From: Octopus sinensis
Taxonomy: Eukaryota
Length of the DNA stretch: 64,000 bases
Direction: 5' to 3'
NCBI RefSeq assembly: GCF_006345805.1
Contig: NC_042999.1
Location: 43,276,001-43,340,000, forward strand
Position 1 is the stretch's first letter, and the number at the start of each line of letters is the position of its first letter. Below, in pieces: positions 12,166 through 25,132 of the stretch. The notes under the pieces are model-generated. The model was not told the DNA's origin. It was given only the letters and a program-made list of their open reading frames with translations, and searched no databases. A program made the translations under genes and the position numbers.

Positions 12166-12882
12166 AATTATCACACTAATGGCAATTATTTAGCAAGATA
12201 TAGTGTCCGCAATTGTCCTCCTATCTCCAGGCATTAAGCCTGTCCTTTTCCTTTAATGACATGTCAATTTTGGAGGATTCTTGACTCATGAGATTATCTC
12301 TTCTTCCCAAGTAGAGCTGATCCTAAAAATGCCATTTGATAAGTATAATAACTTCTCTAGAAGCAAAGATAATTTTAGTAAACCAAGAATCTATGCTGTA
12401 TGGCATTTGATATACTGACAGTTATTTAGTCCTTTTGTAGCCAGCTGGTTTAGGCTTCAAGTGACTTGTTACAGTCAACCCCACCCAACCACACCATCAC
12501 CACCACCAGGCCCAGCTTCCTTTCAGTTACCCTGGTTGTCATCAAGTGCTTAAGGTGTCTATCTTCTCATATGGTGTTCAATGAACTAATCCAGATACCT
12601 ATCTCTTTATACAGCTAAGATTCTTTCTGTTGGCTTTTGCATTTGTCCTTCTGTACAAAATATCTTCAGCATTCATCTAAGGAGTCACATCTGATGTTCC
12701 AAGTTATATAACAATATGTGTTATCTGGAACATCCCTACATAAATGGTTTACTACAATATGCTTCACAAAGTATTTAAAGTGATGGGGCCAATTTGATCA
12801 ACTAAAGTTTTTGAAGTCATGGCCCTACATGGCCAAAGCACAAAGACTTAAGATCATAAAAATAAAATGAAAAAGATATATA

Positions 12883-13053
12883 GGCGCAGGAGTGGCTGTG
12901 TGGTAAGTAACTTGTTTACCAACCACATGGTTCCGGGTTCAGTCCCACTGCGTGGCACCTTGGGCAAGTGTCTTCTACTATAGCCTCAGGCCAACCAAAG
13001 CCTTGTGAGTGGATTTGGTAGACGGAAACTGAAAGAAGCCCGTTGTATATATG

Positions 13054-13088
<35 letters not shown>

Positions 13089-13292
13089 TTGTGTGTCTGT
13101 TCCCCTAGCATTGCTTGACAACCGATGCTGGTGTGTTTATGTCCCCGTTACTTAGCGGTTCGGCAAAAGAGATCGATACAATAAGTACTGGGTTTACAAA
13201 GAATAAGTCCCGGGGTCGAGTTGCTCGATTAAAGGCGGTGCTCCAGCATAGCCACAATCAAATGACTGAAACAAGTAAAAGAGTAAAAGAGA
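12883..13292 (+). mobile_element. Full-length tRNA-derived CORE-like SINE (family 1)
   Basis: A-box-like tggctgtgtgg, B-box-like ggttcagtccc, caccttgggcaagtgtc core, internal (TA/TG)n and gagtaaaa tail. Nearly identical to 42544-42929; many other copies (near 1455, 2530, 7746, 15290, 18041, 20893, 21962, 31275, 34140, 35560, 46417). Confidence 0.9.
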
Positions 13293-13300
13293 GAGCAAGA

Positions 13301-13360
<60 letters not shown>

Positions 13361-13447
13361 TATATATACAGAGAGAGAGAGAGAGAGAGAGAGACCTGAA
13401 TTCCAAGCAGGGTCACAGACTCATATTACAAGCTGCCTACTTCTAAC

Positions 13448-13511
13448 CCAATCAGTTAAGTGGAACAGATGAAATTTCTTGGGGGAAGAAATGTTTGTTG
13501 CTAAGGGAGAC
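13448..13511. promoter_or_regulatory. CCAAT box plus X-box-like motif
   Basis: ccaat at 13448-13452 and gttgctaagggagac at 13497-13511 (reverse complement GTCTCC-ctt-AGCAAC), in unique sequence. Confidence 0.4.
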
Positions 13512-14284
13512 ACAGTCATACTGATGCAATAATAACACTTTCCCTTTGACTTGATGATTAAAACAAATCAAGACCCCCACCAGCACCCATTAACCAAAAA
13601 TTAAGAATAAATAAAAAATAATTGTGACAAAGGTGTTGGCATGGTTATGTGGTTAAGAAGCTTGTGTTAAAGCCATGTGAAAGATGGAAACTATATAGAA
13701 GCCTATTGCATGCATGCATGTAAACATGTATATATGTATGTATGCATGTAATTATACATGTGTGCATGACTATCTTTGTCCCGTACCCCACTATTTAACT
13801 GTTGGTTTATTTATGTCCTTCTAACTTAGCAGTTTGGCAAGACACATCAATAGAATCCAGACTTTAAGAATCAAGCTTTAAAATGAGAACTGGGATCAGT
13901 TTGTTTGACTTAAGATTTCAATGCAGTGCCCCAGTATGGCCACATTCCAATGGCTGAAACCAGTAAAAGGTGTAGGCATAAAGCCACACATACAGAGTGG
14001 GGTATAGCAAAATTATATCAGACACCAGTTTTTGATTGGTATTTTATTAACCATTGATAAACAGCAAAGTCAACCTCAGTGAGATTTCAACTTAGAATAT
14101 TAAGGAAGATAACTAAAGACCACAAAGCATTTTGTTGAGTATTCTAACAGTTCTGCAACCAAACATTCTAATTATGAAACATGGCATCTGTGACCTTGGC
14201 AATGATTTCTGAGTTGGTTGAAGGGTGGAGAAATGGTAGGAATAAACCATCACTCATTAGTTGGCACATTCAAAACTAGCTTAA

Positions 14285-14726
14285 TCCTTTAACACTTTAG
14301 TGTTTGCATTATTCTGCCAAAATTAATCCTTTTTTATCCACATTGTTTTGAACTAATCATGCATTATCTTCTCGCTATGAGATTTTGATGAGGTAGCTGT
14401 TAATTTTTAAAACGATATTGTAGGGTTGGTGTGAGAGACCAGATCTGGCCAGTTTGAACATAGAACAGGCAGAATACTTTTGGCCGGATATGGCCGGTTT
14501 AAATGTTAAAGGGTTAAGCATTTAAACCGGCCATATCCAGCCCAAATATTCTACCTGTTTTATGGTGAAACTGAACAAATCTGGCCCCTCACACTTATTC
14601 TACAACATAATTCTAAAAATAAACAATCACGTTATAGAAATCTCAAAGCTATAAGATAATGCAGGATTAATTCAAAACAGTTTGAATAAGTATTTTATTT
14701 GACGGAGTAATCTGAATGCTAAACGG
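14285..14726. mobile_element. Second nested piggyBac-type MITE pair: copy B (14293-14513) within the left TIR of copy A
   Basis: ttaa-tcct-TTAA-[cacttt...aaaggg]-TTAA-gcatttaaaccggcc... Confidence 0.8.
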
Positions 14727-16071
14727 TTATGTCAAGATTAAGTTACCTCAAGAGACGTGTTTAAAATGCTCAGTGGATTCCATGAAAGAGGAACCAAAGA
14801 GCTATCCCATGTCAGATATCTCTGACCCCCATTGGCTTTTATTAATCTTCAGATTCATGTTGTATATGTCAGTCAATGTAGTTAACTAACATCAATGTAG
14901 CTAAGTGATGTGCATCTTCTATCAGAGTGCAAAAAGTCTCCAAATTATAACATCAGATATGGCGTTAGCACTCAGCAAAATGGGAGTGGTCAGCAAAGCC
15001 AACCCTGCAATGATAAAGATAAGCGAAATGATCATCGTCATTGTCATCATTTAATGTCCAGGTTTTCCTGCTCATATGGATTGCATGGAATTTGTTGAGG
15101 CAGATTTTGTACAGCCGGATACCTTTCTTGTCACCAACCCTCACCTGCTTCCTGGCAAGACAATATTTTTCCCATGGCCACACATTTTTTTTTCATGGAA
15201 GACTGGAAATAAACAACAATGCTGTATGACAATGATGTTTCTTTACAACCATCACATATGTCAAGGAAAGGGAAAACACACACACACACACAACGGGCTT
15301 CTTTCAGTTTTCATCTACCAAATCCACTCACAAGGCTTTGTTGGCCAGGAGCTCTAGTAAAAAACACTTGACTAGGAAGTCGTGTAGTGGAATTGAACCA
15401 GAGGTCACATGGCTGGGAAATATGTTTCTTACCCACCAGGCCACACCCGCACCTATGAATAGGTTCATAAATTTCTCCACTATATTTGTACTCATGCCAC
15501 AAGATCATTTGAGGCCTTGTGAGAAGCCCCATACATATGTATCACCAAAACAATATTGAAGTTCCTTCTTCATGGTTTAAGTTTTGACACCATAGAGACA
15601 AATATTCTTTACACACGCTCCAAAGAAAGACAGAACCATTGTCTTTGAAATACTTAATGGCCAGATATTTTGTAAAGTGTTCTTACTCAACATAGCATAG
15701 ATGGTAGCAGTTAGCAATGCAGCATATTTCACACAAAAGAAGAAAAAAAAATTCTTTAAAGAAACAAGGTTTTAATTCAAACTAGTAAGTGAATTCTACA
15801 ATTTATCTCTAATAGGAACAGTCAGCTGATTATAAATGCAGCATTTGCCCTCATGAATCTTGAAATATTCACACACACAAACAAATTAAAGATAAATATA
15901 ATAAACATTGATGATTATAAGCAGTAAAAGAATGCCATCATTGATTGCACCAATGATTTTTTTCCCCTTCATGACAAAAGAAGCCAAGAAGTCTACAATT
16001 TTTCACATATAACAGTGTTTGTGCATGTGTGTTTGCACGAGTGCACACACACACATTCATATAATTACATA

Positions 16072-16118
<47 letters not shown>

Positions 16119-16204
16119 GCAAATATGTAAAAATGCATGTATTTATGCACATGCACACACATATAAATACACACACACACACTCATACACACATAAATAA
16201 ACAA

Positions 16205-16245
<41 letters not shown>

Positions 16246-16255
16246 TACATACATA

Positions 16256-17121
16256 GTCTGATCAATAAGTATCCAGACTGTTGTCATAGTAACGAAACTA
16301 AAATATGCAGAGTAAAGCCACTTTGCACAGATTGACTTTGAACTCTGCTGTGCATGCGCACTAAGTTTTAATGCTCTAGCTCACTTTTGCTGTTTACAGC
16401 AGTGCTTGGAAGGAACACGTGTAGTGAGTGATTGTCGCATTGACCATGACAGAGAAAGTTTAGCAGAGAATCTGCATCAAATTTTGCCAAAAGCTTGGCG
16501 ATACCTGCTCAGAGGCCTATGCAAAGTTTTCATCATTCTCAACACAATCAAGGAGATCTTGTGCAACTGAAATCTCAATGTCTTTTTGGCCAGCTGAAAG
16601 CAGTTTTGGCACAAACTTGGCAGACACGCATCTCATCCCCCAAATCTTCAGTGATAATGGACTGAACTGAACCATAACTGATCTGCACATCCTCTGATAA
16701 CTCACGGGATGGTGATTCGACGATTTCCCCTCATAACTGCACACACCTCTGCAATGCCTTTCTTAGTTCTGCTGGTTGCAGGTCTCCCAGAACATTTGTC
16801 ACAGTTGACATTTCCTCGACTGTCTTTGAAGCATCTGAACCCCTCATACTCTTGTGTGCAGCTCATACACTCCTCTCCATACACTTTCTGCAACTTTGCA
16901 TGGGCCTCTGAGCAGTTGTTGCCATGACAACCTGTGACGATCACACGCTACACACCTTCCTTCCAAGCACTGCTGTAAACAGTGGAAGTGAGCTAGAACG
17001 TTAAAACTTAGTGTGCATGCACAGCAGAGATCAAGGTCAATCTTTGCCAAGCATCTTCACTCTGCATTCTTTAACTTTGTTACTATGGCAAACAGTCCGG
17101 ATACTTATTGATCAGACCTCA
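16256..17121. mobile_element. Mariner-derived palindromic non-autonomous element (two 5' ends facing each other)
   Basis: Both ends read gtctgatcaataagtatcc and share ~250 bp. The + arm encodes MTEKV*QRICIKFCQKLGDTCSEAYAK. The - arm encodes LQKVYGEECMS...SGRPATSRT...ELSEDVQISYGSVQSIITEDLGMRCVSAKFVPKLL...ENDENF (mariner HTH and linker). TA follows the right end. Confidence 0.9.
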
Positions 17122-17134
17122 TATATAGACGGAG

Positions 17135-17186
<52 letters not shown>

Positions 17187-18184
17187 AATATGTATATACA
17201 TATCGACACACATATTTACATACATGTGTGTAATACATTGGCAGATGAAAAGATGTTAAGACTAAAAGAACAAATTCTTCTAACCAGCTAAACAGTAATA
17301 ATACCATAATACTCAACACATTAAAGAAACTTTGATGGTGTACAATAAATGTAAGAGAGAATATATTCGATAAAACAATCCAAAAGATGTATATTTTGTA
17401 CTAGCATTTTTCTTTTTTGTTATTTTAATATTCATATTATTAACTGAATGTTTGGTGTCAGTAGTAGAGGTGTATGTGTGGTGGTTGTGGTGGATGGAAG
17501 ATGATAGGAGAACGGAAATATTTATCGCTATGGAATGGTAACCAAAACAAGCAAATCTACATCCAAATAGCAAAATAAATTTCGGGTTCATCCAAATTAT
17601 GCAAGTGGAAATTTTCTTTTTTTTTTTTTCCACTTTTTATTTTTCTTGATAAACAAACTGCAAAGATGGAAGTATAGGAAATAATGTAAAACTTATATAA
17701 TGTTTGTTTGTTTTACACCTGTTTTCCCATGCTAGCACAAGTGTATCAGTCAATCATTCATTTTCCACCTTTTACCTATTTCAGTTATTGAACTTCAAGC
17801 TACCATGCTGGAGCACCACCTTGAGTAGCTCAGCTGAACAAAATGATCCTAGTACTTCAGTAACATATATTTTTAAACCCAGCACTCGTTCTATCACTCT
17901 CTTTCGCTGACCTGCTAGGCTGTAGGGACATAAACAAACCAACATTGGTTGCCAAACAGTGTTGGAGGTGCAAAGCACAAAGACACATATGCACATATAT
18001 GTGTATATCTTGTGTGTGTGTATGTACATGTGTGTATGTGCAGGCGTGGCTGTGTGGTAAGAAACTTGCCACCCAATTATATGGTTCCAGATTCAGTCCC
18101 ACTGTGCAACACTTTGGACAAGTGTCTTCTGTTATAGCCTTGTGAGTGGATTTGGTAGACGGAAACTGAAAGAAGCTCATTGTG

Positions 18185-18215
<31 letters not shown>

Positions 18216-18541
18216 TTGCGCCCCCCCCCCCGCCATCACCACTTGACAAATGGTGTTGGTATGTTTAGGACCCCGTAGCTTAGTTTGGCAAAAGAGACTG
18301 ATAGAATAAATCGGTGCTCCAGCATGGCTGCAGTCAAATGACAAAGCAATAAAAGAATAATATACACACACACACACTTGTGTTGTGTGTGCGTGTGTAC
18401 CTAAACGATGGGCTTCCATACCATTTCTGTCTACTAAATTCACTCCCAAAGCATTTGCTGGCCAGAGGTGTTGTGCAGTGCAAGTTCAACCTAGAACCAC
18501 ACAGTTGCAAAGCAACAAAGTTCTTAACTGCATATTAATAC

Positions 18542-18547
18542 CTGTTC
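18542..18547 (-). CDS. Candidate 6-nt microexon (EQ)
   Basis: cttctatgtccttttcag|GAACAG|gtatta. Confidence 0.25.
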
Positions 18548-18719
18548 CTGAAAAGGACATAGAAGCTGAGACTTACAATTCTACTTGCAGAAAAGTGAAA
18601 TATTGTATTCTACCAGAATCTCAAGGAAGAACCTTAAGATTTGAAGAAACTTGCTGTCATCAAACCTCAAGGCAACACTTTTTGCTAACTAATATAGCAT
18701 GTAATAGCTTCAATAATCT

Positions 18720-20320
18720 TTTCAACTATAGGCACAAAACCTGAAATTTTGGAGGTGTTTAGTTGATACTTATTCTATTGGTCCCAAGAGATGAAGGGTA
18801 AAGTTGACTTTGACGGAATTTGAATTCAGAACATAAATATGGATGCTATGCTGCTAAGCATTTTACCCACTATGCTAACAATTTTGCCAGCTCACTGTCT
18901 GAATAGCTTCAATAAAAGAAATTGTTTCTAATTTTAGCACAAAGCCAGCAATTTTTTAAGGATTAGAAGGGAATTGATTACACTGACCCTGGCATTCAAC
19001 TGGTACTTATCTTATGAACCTTGAAAGGATGAAAGGCAAAGCCAACCTTCATGGGATTTGAACTCAGAACAGAGATGTTGCTTAACACTTTGGCGTGCAA
19101 ACCATTCTGCCAAATAATAAGTGTTTCCATTATAGGCACAAGGCATAAAATTTGGGGGGGGGGGGCTATGTGATTACATTGCCCTCAGTGTACAAATGGT
19201 AATTATTTTACTGACTCTGAAAGGGTGAATGGCAAAGTCAACCTCTGTGAATTTTGAACTACAAACATAAAAAACAAGCAAAATACTCCCCATAACTTCA
19301 TTCAATTTTGTAAAATGATCTGGTGTGTTTATTTTAATTTTATATACAGAATTTATTTGCCCTCTATGTTGGGAGGACACTCAGCAAGAAATGGAAAACT
19401 TAGAGGAAGAAGAAATAATAATAATCCTTTCTACTAAAGGCACAAGGCCTGAAATTTGGGGGGATGGGACTAGTCGATTACACTGACCCCAGTGTTTCAT
19501 TGGTACTTAATTTATCGACCCCAAAAGGATGAAAGGCAAAGTTAACCTCAGTGGAATTTGAACTGAGAATATAGAGATGGGCAAAATGTTGCTAAGCATT
19601 TTGCCAGGCGTGCTAATGATTCTGCCAATTCACCACCTTAATAATAATAATAATCCTTTCTACTATAGGCACAAGGCCTAAAATTATGGTAGAGGGGAAT
19701 AGTCAATTACATCAACCCCAGTGTTTCATTGGTACTTAGTTTAACAACTCCAAAAGGATGAAAAGTTGACTGTTTCATATTTATGTGCTAACTCTGGTGT
19801 GTGTGTGTAGTATTAATAATCCTTTCTACTGGAGTCACAAGGCCTCAAATTTGGTGTGGAGGGGACTAGTCAATTACATTGACCCCAGTCTTTCACTGTT
19901 ACTTAAATTATTGACCCCGAAAGTATGAAAGGCTAATTCGACCTGGGTGGAATTTGAACTCCAAACATAGTGACAGGCGAAATACCACTAAGCATCTTGT
20001 CCAGCTTACTAACAATTGTACCAGCTAACCACCTTAGTAGTAGTAGTAGTAGTAATGGTTTCAAATTTTGGCACAAGGCCAGCAGTTTTGGAGGAAGGAA
20101 TGAGTTGAATAAATTGACTCCAGTACTCAATTGGTACTTATTTTATCAAACCAGAAAGGATGAAAGGCAAAGCTCAACTATGATGGAATTCAAACTCAAA
20201 ATGTAATGAGTTGGAAGACAATTCCATAAAGCATGGATGTCCATCTGCTAGCAATTCTGCCAAAACGGTCTCGAGAAGAGAGGGTTAATGGATTTCATCG
20301 ACCCTAGTACTTGGTACTTT
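18720..20320 (-). mobile_element. Cluster of about seven co-oriented family 2 (tail type A) SINEs joined by (AAT)n tracts
   Basis: The tail motif ggcacaagg.c.gaaattt recurs near 18730, 18930, 19135, 19440, 19670, 19835 and 20070. Copies are mutually diverged. Confidence 0.8.
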
Positions 20321-20349
20321 ATTTTATTGATGTGAAGCTGAATCTTTAC

Positions 20350-20379
20350 CTCTGCAGTAATACAGACAGATGATATAAA
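20350..20379 (-). CDS. Candidate 30-nt microexon (FISSVCITAE in phase 0; open in all frames)
   Basis: tttatgtatcatcag|TTTATATCATCTGTCTGTATTACTGCAGAG|gtaaag. Confidence 0.3.
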
Positions 20380-22270
20380 CTGATGATACATAAAATTTCT
20401 TTCAGAAAAAAAAAATGAAGATATAAAAAAAGACTAAAAAACAACTGCATAAATCCCTTGACCTTCTGCGATATAGTATTCTACATTCAATTGATTGATT
20501 GATTGAGAGATTGGTTTTGTTGATGATTATGATGATGTTGGTGATTGACAATGAATATAAGAGAAATAAGATTTTACATTTGTTTTTATTTGCTAGCTAC
20601 TTACTTTTTTTCTTTTCTCACTATGATATACTTTTTTTAATTCTCCTCTCTCTCTTACTAAGAACATTAGTAATCAATACTAAAAGATATGCCAATGTTC
20701 AATGAACATTCCATACACAATATATAATATGGTATTATAACAGACCATGCAGTAAGTACTAAGCAAAATATTTTCAGATAAGTATATGATGGAGGGGAGG
20801 AGAAGCGATGAATCATTGAGTATCATCAAGCTATGTTACTCCTATGTGTATATGTGTGTGTGTAATATATTTATAGGCATGTGTATACATAGGCGCAGAC
20901 ATAGTTGTGTGGTAAGAAGCTTGCTTCCCAACCACATGGTTCCAGGTTCAGTCCCACTGCATAGCACTTTGTGCAAGTGCCTTTTACTACAGCCTCAGGC
21001 CAACCAAAGCCTTGTAAGTGGATTTCGTACACAGAAACTGAAATAAGCCCATCGTGTGTGTGTGTGTGACAATTGGTGCTGGTGTATTTATGTCCCCATA
21101 ACTTAGTGGTTCAACAAAAGAGACCTATAGGAATAAGTACCAGGGTTAAAAAATTAGCCCTGAGGTCACTTTGTTCTGCTAAAATCCTTCAAGGCTGTGC
21201 TCCAGCATGGCTTTGGTCAAACGACAGAACAAAGCAAACAAATAAGAGAATATCCACATGGTGTATATATACATAATACATACAAATAATTCAAGCTGCT
21301 AGAAACAACAGCTAAATCTCCCGAAAACAGACACTTTGTGGTTTTAAAAAGGAAAAGATATAGTTTGGACCTAGAAAAAAGACAAAAATTACATCTGGAA
21401 TGCCTTTGCTTTAAACAATAAGTCACACAGGAGCAATCCTAGTTGCATAGTTAAGCAAGTCACTTTGCAACCAGATGGTTCCAATTACTGTCTCCATTGT
21501 CTGGGAACCCTGGTTGATTTGACTAATACCTTGTGAGTGAAACTTGATAGATGGAAACTAGACAGAAGCCCAGTGTACGCACATGTGTTTCTGTATGTAT
21601 ATGTGTGCAAATTGTTCATGTCTATGTTTACATTTATCTTTACACTAGTCTAAAATAGGTAAAATAAGTAAATGAAATATATGCTGGGATCATTGCAATT
21701 GATATAATTTATGAAGGTGGTGCAATTAATGACAAAAACCACTAAATAAAAAGTAAATCACTTACATATATTTACACAAATACACACACACAAAAAAAAC
21801 ATTAAACACAAAGCTAACACAAGCATAGAAAGTTTGAATGCTTATGTGCACACGCACGCATACACACACACACAGTAGAAAGAATGGCAGCCTAAATAGT
21901 ATAAGAGATTTAAAAAAAACAAAAAATACTTGTTGGTTTGGAGACAAACAATTAAGTATAGCACGAGTGGCTGTATGGTAAGTAGCTTCCTTACCAATCA
22001 CACAGTTCCAAGTTCAGTCCCACTACGTGGCACCTCAGGCAAGTGTCTTTCACTATATCCTTGGGCCAAGCAAAGCCTTGTGAGTGGATTTGGTAGATGG
22101 AAACTGAAAAAAGCCTGTCTGGCTGTGTGGTAAGTAGCTTGCTTACCAACCACATGGTTCTGGGTTCAGTTCCACTGCATAGCACCTTGGGCAAGTGTCT
22201 TCTACTATGGCCTCGGGCCAACCAAAGCCTTGTGAGTGGATTTGGTAGACGGAAACTGAAAGAAGCTCGT

Positions 22271-22302
<32 letters not shown>

Positions 22303-22512
22303 CAACATCGCTTGGCAACCGATGATGGTGTGTTTACTTCCCTGTAACTCAGCAGTTCAGCAAAAAGGGACCGATAGAATAAGTACTAGGCTTATAAAGA
22401 ATAAGCTCTGGGGTCGATTTGCTTGACTAAAGGCGGTGCTCAAGCATGGCCGCAGTCAAATGACTGAAACGAGTAAAAAGAACAAAAGAATAAAAATATA
22501 TATATATATATT

Positions 22513-22550
<38 letters not shown>

Positions 22551-23114
22551 TCTCCCCAGCATTGCTTAACAACTAATGCCGGTGTGTTTAGGTCTCTGTA
22601 ACTTAGCGGTTCAGCAAAAGAGCCTGATGGAATAAATCCTGGGCTCAATTTGCTCAACTAAAGGTGGTGCTCCAGCATGGCCACAGTCAAATGACTGAAA
22701 CAAACAAAAGAATAAAAGAATTATGTCACTGTATGATAAATGAGCCAGAAAACCAGCTAGAATAGTTGTGAGACCCCAATTGAGAAGGTTTGGAAGAGAT
22801 TCAGGTCCCCACAACAAGTTGGCTGGGGGTAGAACACAATTTGGGTGTCTTTTTTATATCAAAAAGGATGTGATGCGAGTTCCCTGTATTTTTAAGCTGG
22901 TAGAGTGCAATTTTGGAAAGATTTGACTACTATTGCTTGGAGATCAGGCAACTATATATATAATCCATCAACACTTTGCCTGTAGACTCTTTGTGGAAAA
23001 TAATTCATGTGGTCCACTTCCCTTATGTTTGAGCTTTTGATTGTGAGAGATTTGAGTGTGTCATTTGGGGACAGGAGACAGATTCACTCTTATTTTTCTA
23101 ATGTTAGTAGGTTC

Positions 23115-23484
23115 AATTTGAGTCAACCTTTTCTTTATTAATTCAATAGGGTGTGATTTGAGCCATAATTTTGAAGCAGGTAGGGTGCAATTTGAGTCAA
23201 CCTTTTCTTTATCAATTCAATAGGGTGTGATTTGAGCCATAATTTTGAAGCAGGTAGGGGGTAATTTGAGTCAACCTTTTCTTTATTAATTCAATAGGGT
23301 GTGATTTGAGCCATAATTTTGAAGCAGGTAGGGTGCAATTTGAGTCAACCTTTTCTTTATTAATTCAATAGGGTGTGATTTGAGCCATAATTTTGAAGCA
23401 GGTAGGGTGCAATTTGAGTCAACCTTTTCTTTATTAATTCAATAGGGTGTGATTTGAGCCATAATTTTGAAGCAGGTAGGGTGC
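23115..23484. repeat. Five near-perfect copies of a 74-bp tandem unit
   Basis: aatttgagtcaacc starts at 23115, 23189, 23263, 23337 and 23411. Confidence 0.95.
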
Positions 23485-24486
23485 TGGCAACTATTTCAAA
23501 CAAAAAACGAGCACATTCCCACTCATCTTTTTGCCTGCAGGTCCTTAGAGTAAGTAAGGGGAGAGAGAGAGAGAGAGAGTGAGAGAGAGAGTCTGTTGTT
23601 TAGTGGAGCAATGAACTCTTACTAAAAGGTTATAAGAGGTTAAGGTCAGTTTTAGAAAGCTGTCACAGAAAATGAAAATGTCAAAGTTTTGATGGAGCTC
23701 TTTTTATTTAACAAACAAAAAAAAAACAATTCCAAATAAAATAAACAAAAACAATTGCAAATAACATAAATCCTTCATTGTGTGTGTGTGTATGCAGGCA
23801 CAAGTATGTTTGGTTCCTAAAGGCAGTGTTGATAGAGAAGATATAGAATGGTGTTGGTGGTGGTGGTGGTAATGAGGAGTAACACCAATAATGTCCAATG
23901 GGACAAGAATATAGTGAGTGGTCAGAATGGTGGCGGCGGTGATGGTGGTGGTAGTAGTAGTTGTATTAGTTGTAATGATGATAATGTTGACAATGATTAT
24001 GGTGGCGGTCTTGGTGGTAGCAGTCATTAAGTCATTGGCGTGGCGATGATGGGTGCCAGCAATGGTGATGGTGCTAAGGGCAGTGATGGACATGGTGGTA
24101 ATCACGATGATGGGGTACTGGGGGACGAGAGCAGTTGAGATGGTGCTAATTTGCAGGGGTAGCAGTACTAAATAGTGTCAGTATAAAGAGACCGAGGAGA
24201 TAATTGTAATGCTTATCAAGGCAACAGCAACAACAATTTGGAGGAGGAGGAGGAGGAGGAAGAAGGGGAGACAGCCAATTGTAATGATGTTGATGATGTA
24301 AGCAAAAATAAATAAATAAACAGAAACAGTGACAATTTCAGGCAGATGTGGTGACGGTGGTGGTGGAGGGACCAATGAACTTGTAGCTCCCTCTCCTCTC
24401 CCACATTATGCTAGAAAATGAAAACAAAATGTAAATAAAAAAATATATAAGAAGGAAAAAAAACCCAAAACTTAGCAAAGAGAAAT

Positions 24487-24525
<39 letters not shown>

Positions 24526-25132
24526 AGAGGGAGCAAAAGGGATAGAGACAAGAGACTGAAGACAAACTTTAAAACTACTCCCCACCACCACCACCACCAC
24601 CCCAGTACTCTGTAGACTGAAACAGAAAACTGAGATAGAAAGGAGGTGGCAGTGGTGGCACCAGCAGCAGCAGCGTAGTAGTAGTAGTAGTGGTAGTAGT
24701 AGTAGTAGAAGAAGAACAAGAACAAGAAGACAGCAGCTGTGTTTTGAAATGGCTAAGGAGACAGTCAAATACCTCACCTCACCACCGGCTTCACTTTTAT
24801 CATCATTCATAGATCAGGAGAATCAGTGAAGCTCCAGAAAAAAGCCTAGAGATGTTTAAATTCATGTCTCTGTTCGTTATATCCTGAGTTTAAATTTAGC
24901 TGTGTGCTTCCCATTCTTGCGATTCAGACCCACAGCTCAGCCCTGGGTTGACCGAAGCCTTGTGAGTGAAAAAAAAGTTTGCTGCGCGTGTGTGTGTGTG
25001 TGTGTGTGTCGTCTCAACTCCACATGATGGCTGTACATCTCTCTAATACAAGTGATGTTTATTTCCAGTTCTCCATGAAAATACATCCAGCAATGGGAAA
25101 TATTACTTCGCTTGGTAACAGGAAGAGCATCC

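Noticed and set aside
12200-12800. Possible minus-strand RTE-like 3' coding remnant
   Set aside because: Similarity is too weak to support by eye.
12883-12960. tRNA genes suggested by A/B-box-like motifs
   Set aside because: These are SINE heads; they form no complete cloverleaf and continue into SINE bodies.
23115-23484. CRISPR-like regular array
   Set aside because: Units are identical end to end with no unique spacers, and the DNA is eukaryotic.
23541-23549. Plus-strand 9-nt microexon (cctgcag|GTCCTTAGA|gtaagt)
   Set aside because: Strong signals but isolated, next to a tandem repeat, with no supporting plus-strand gene structure.
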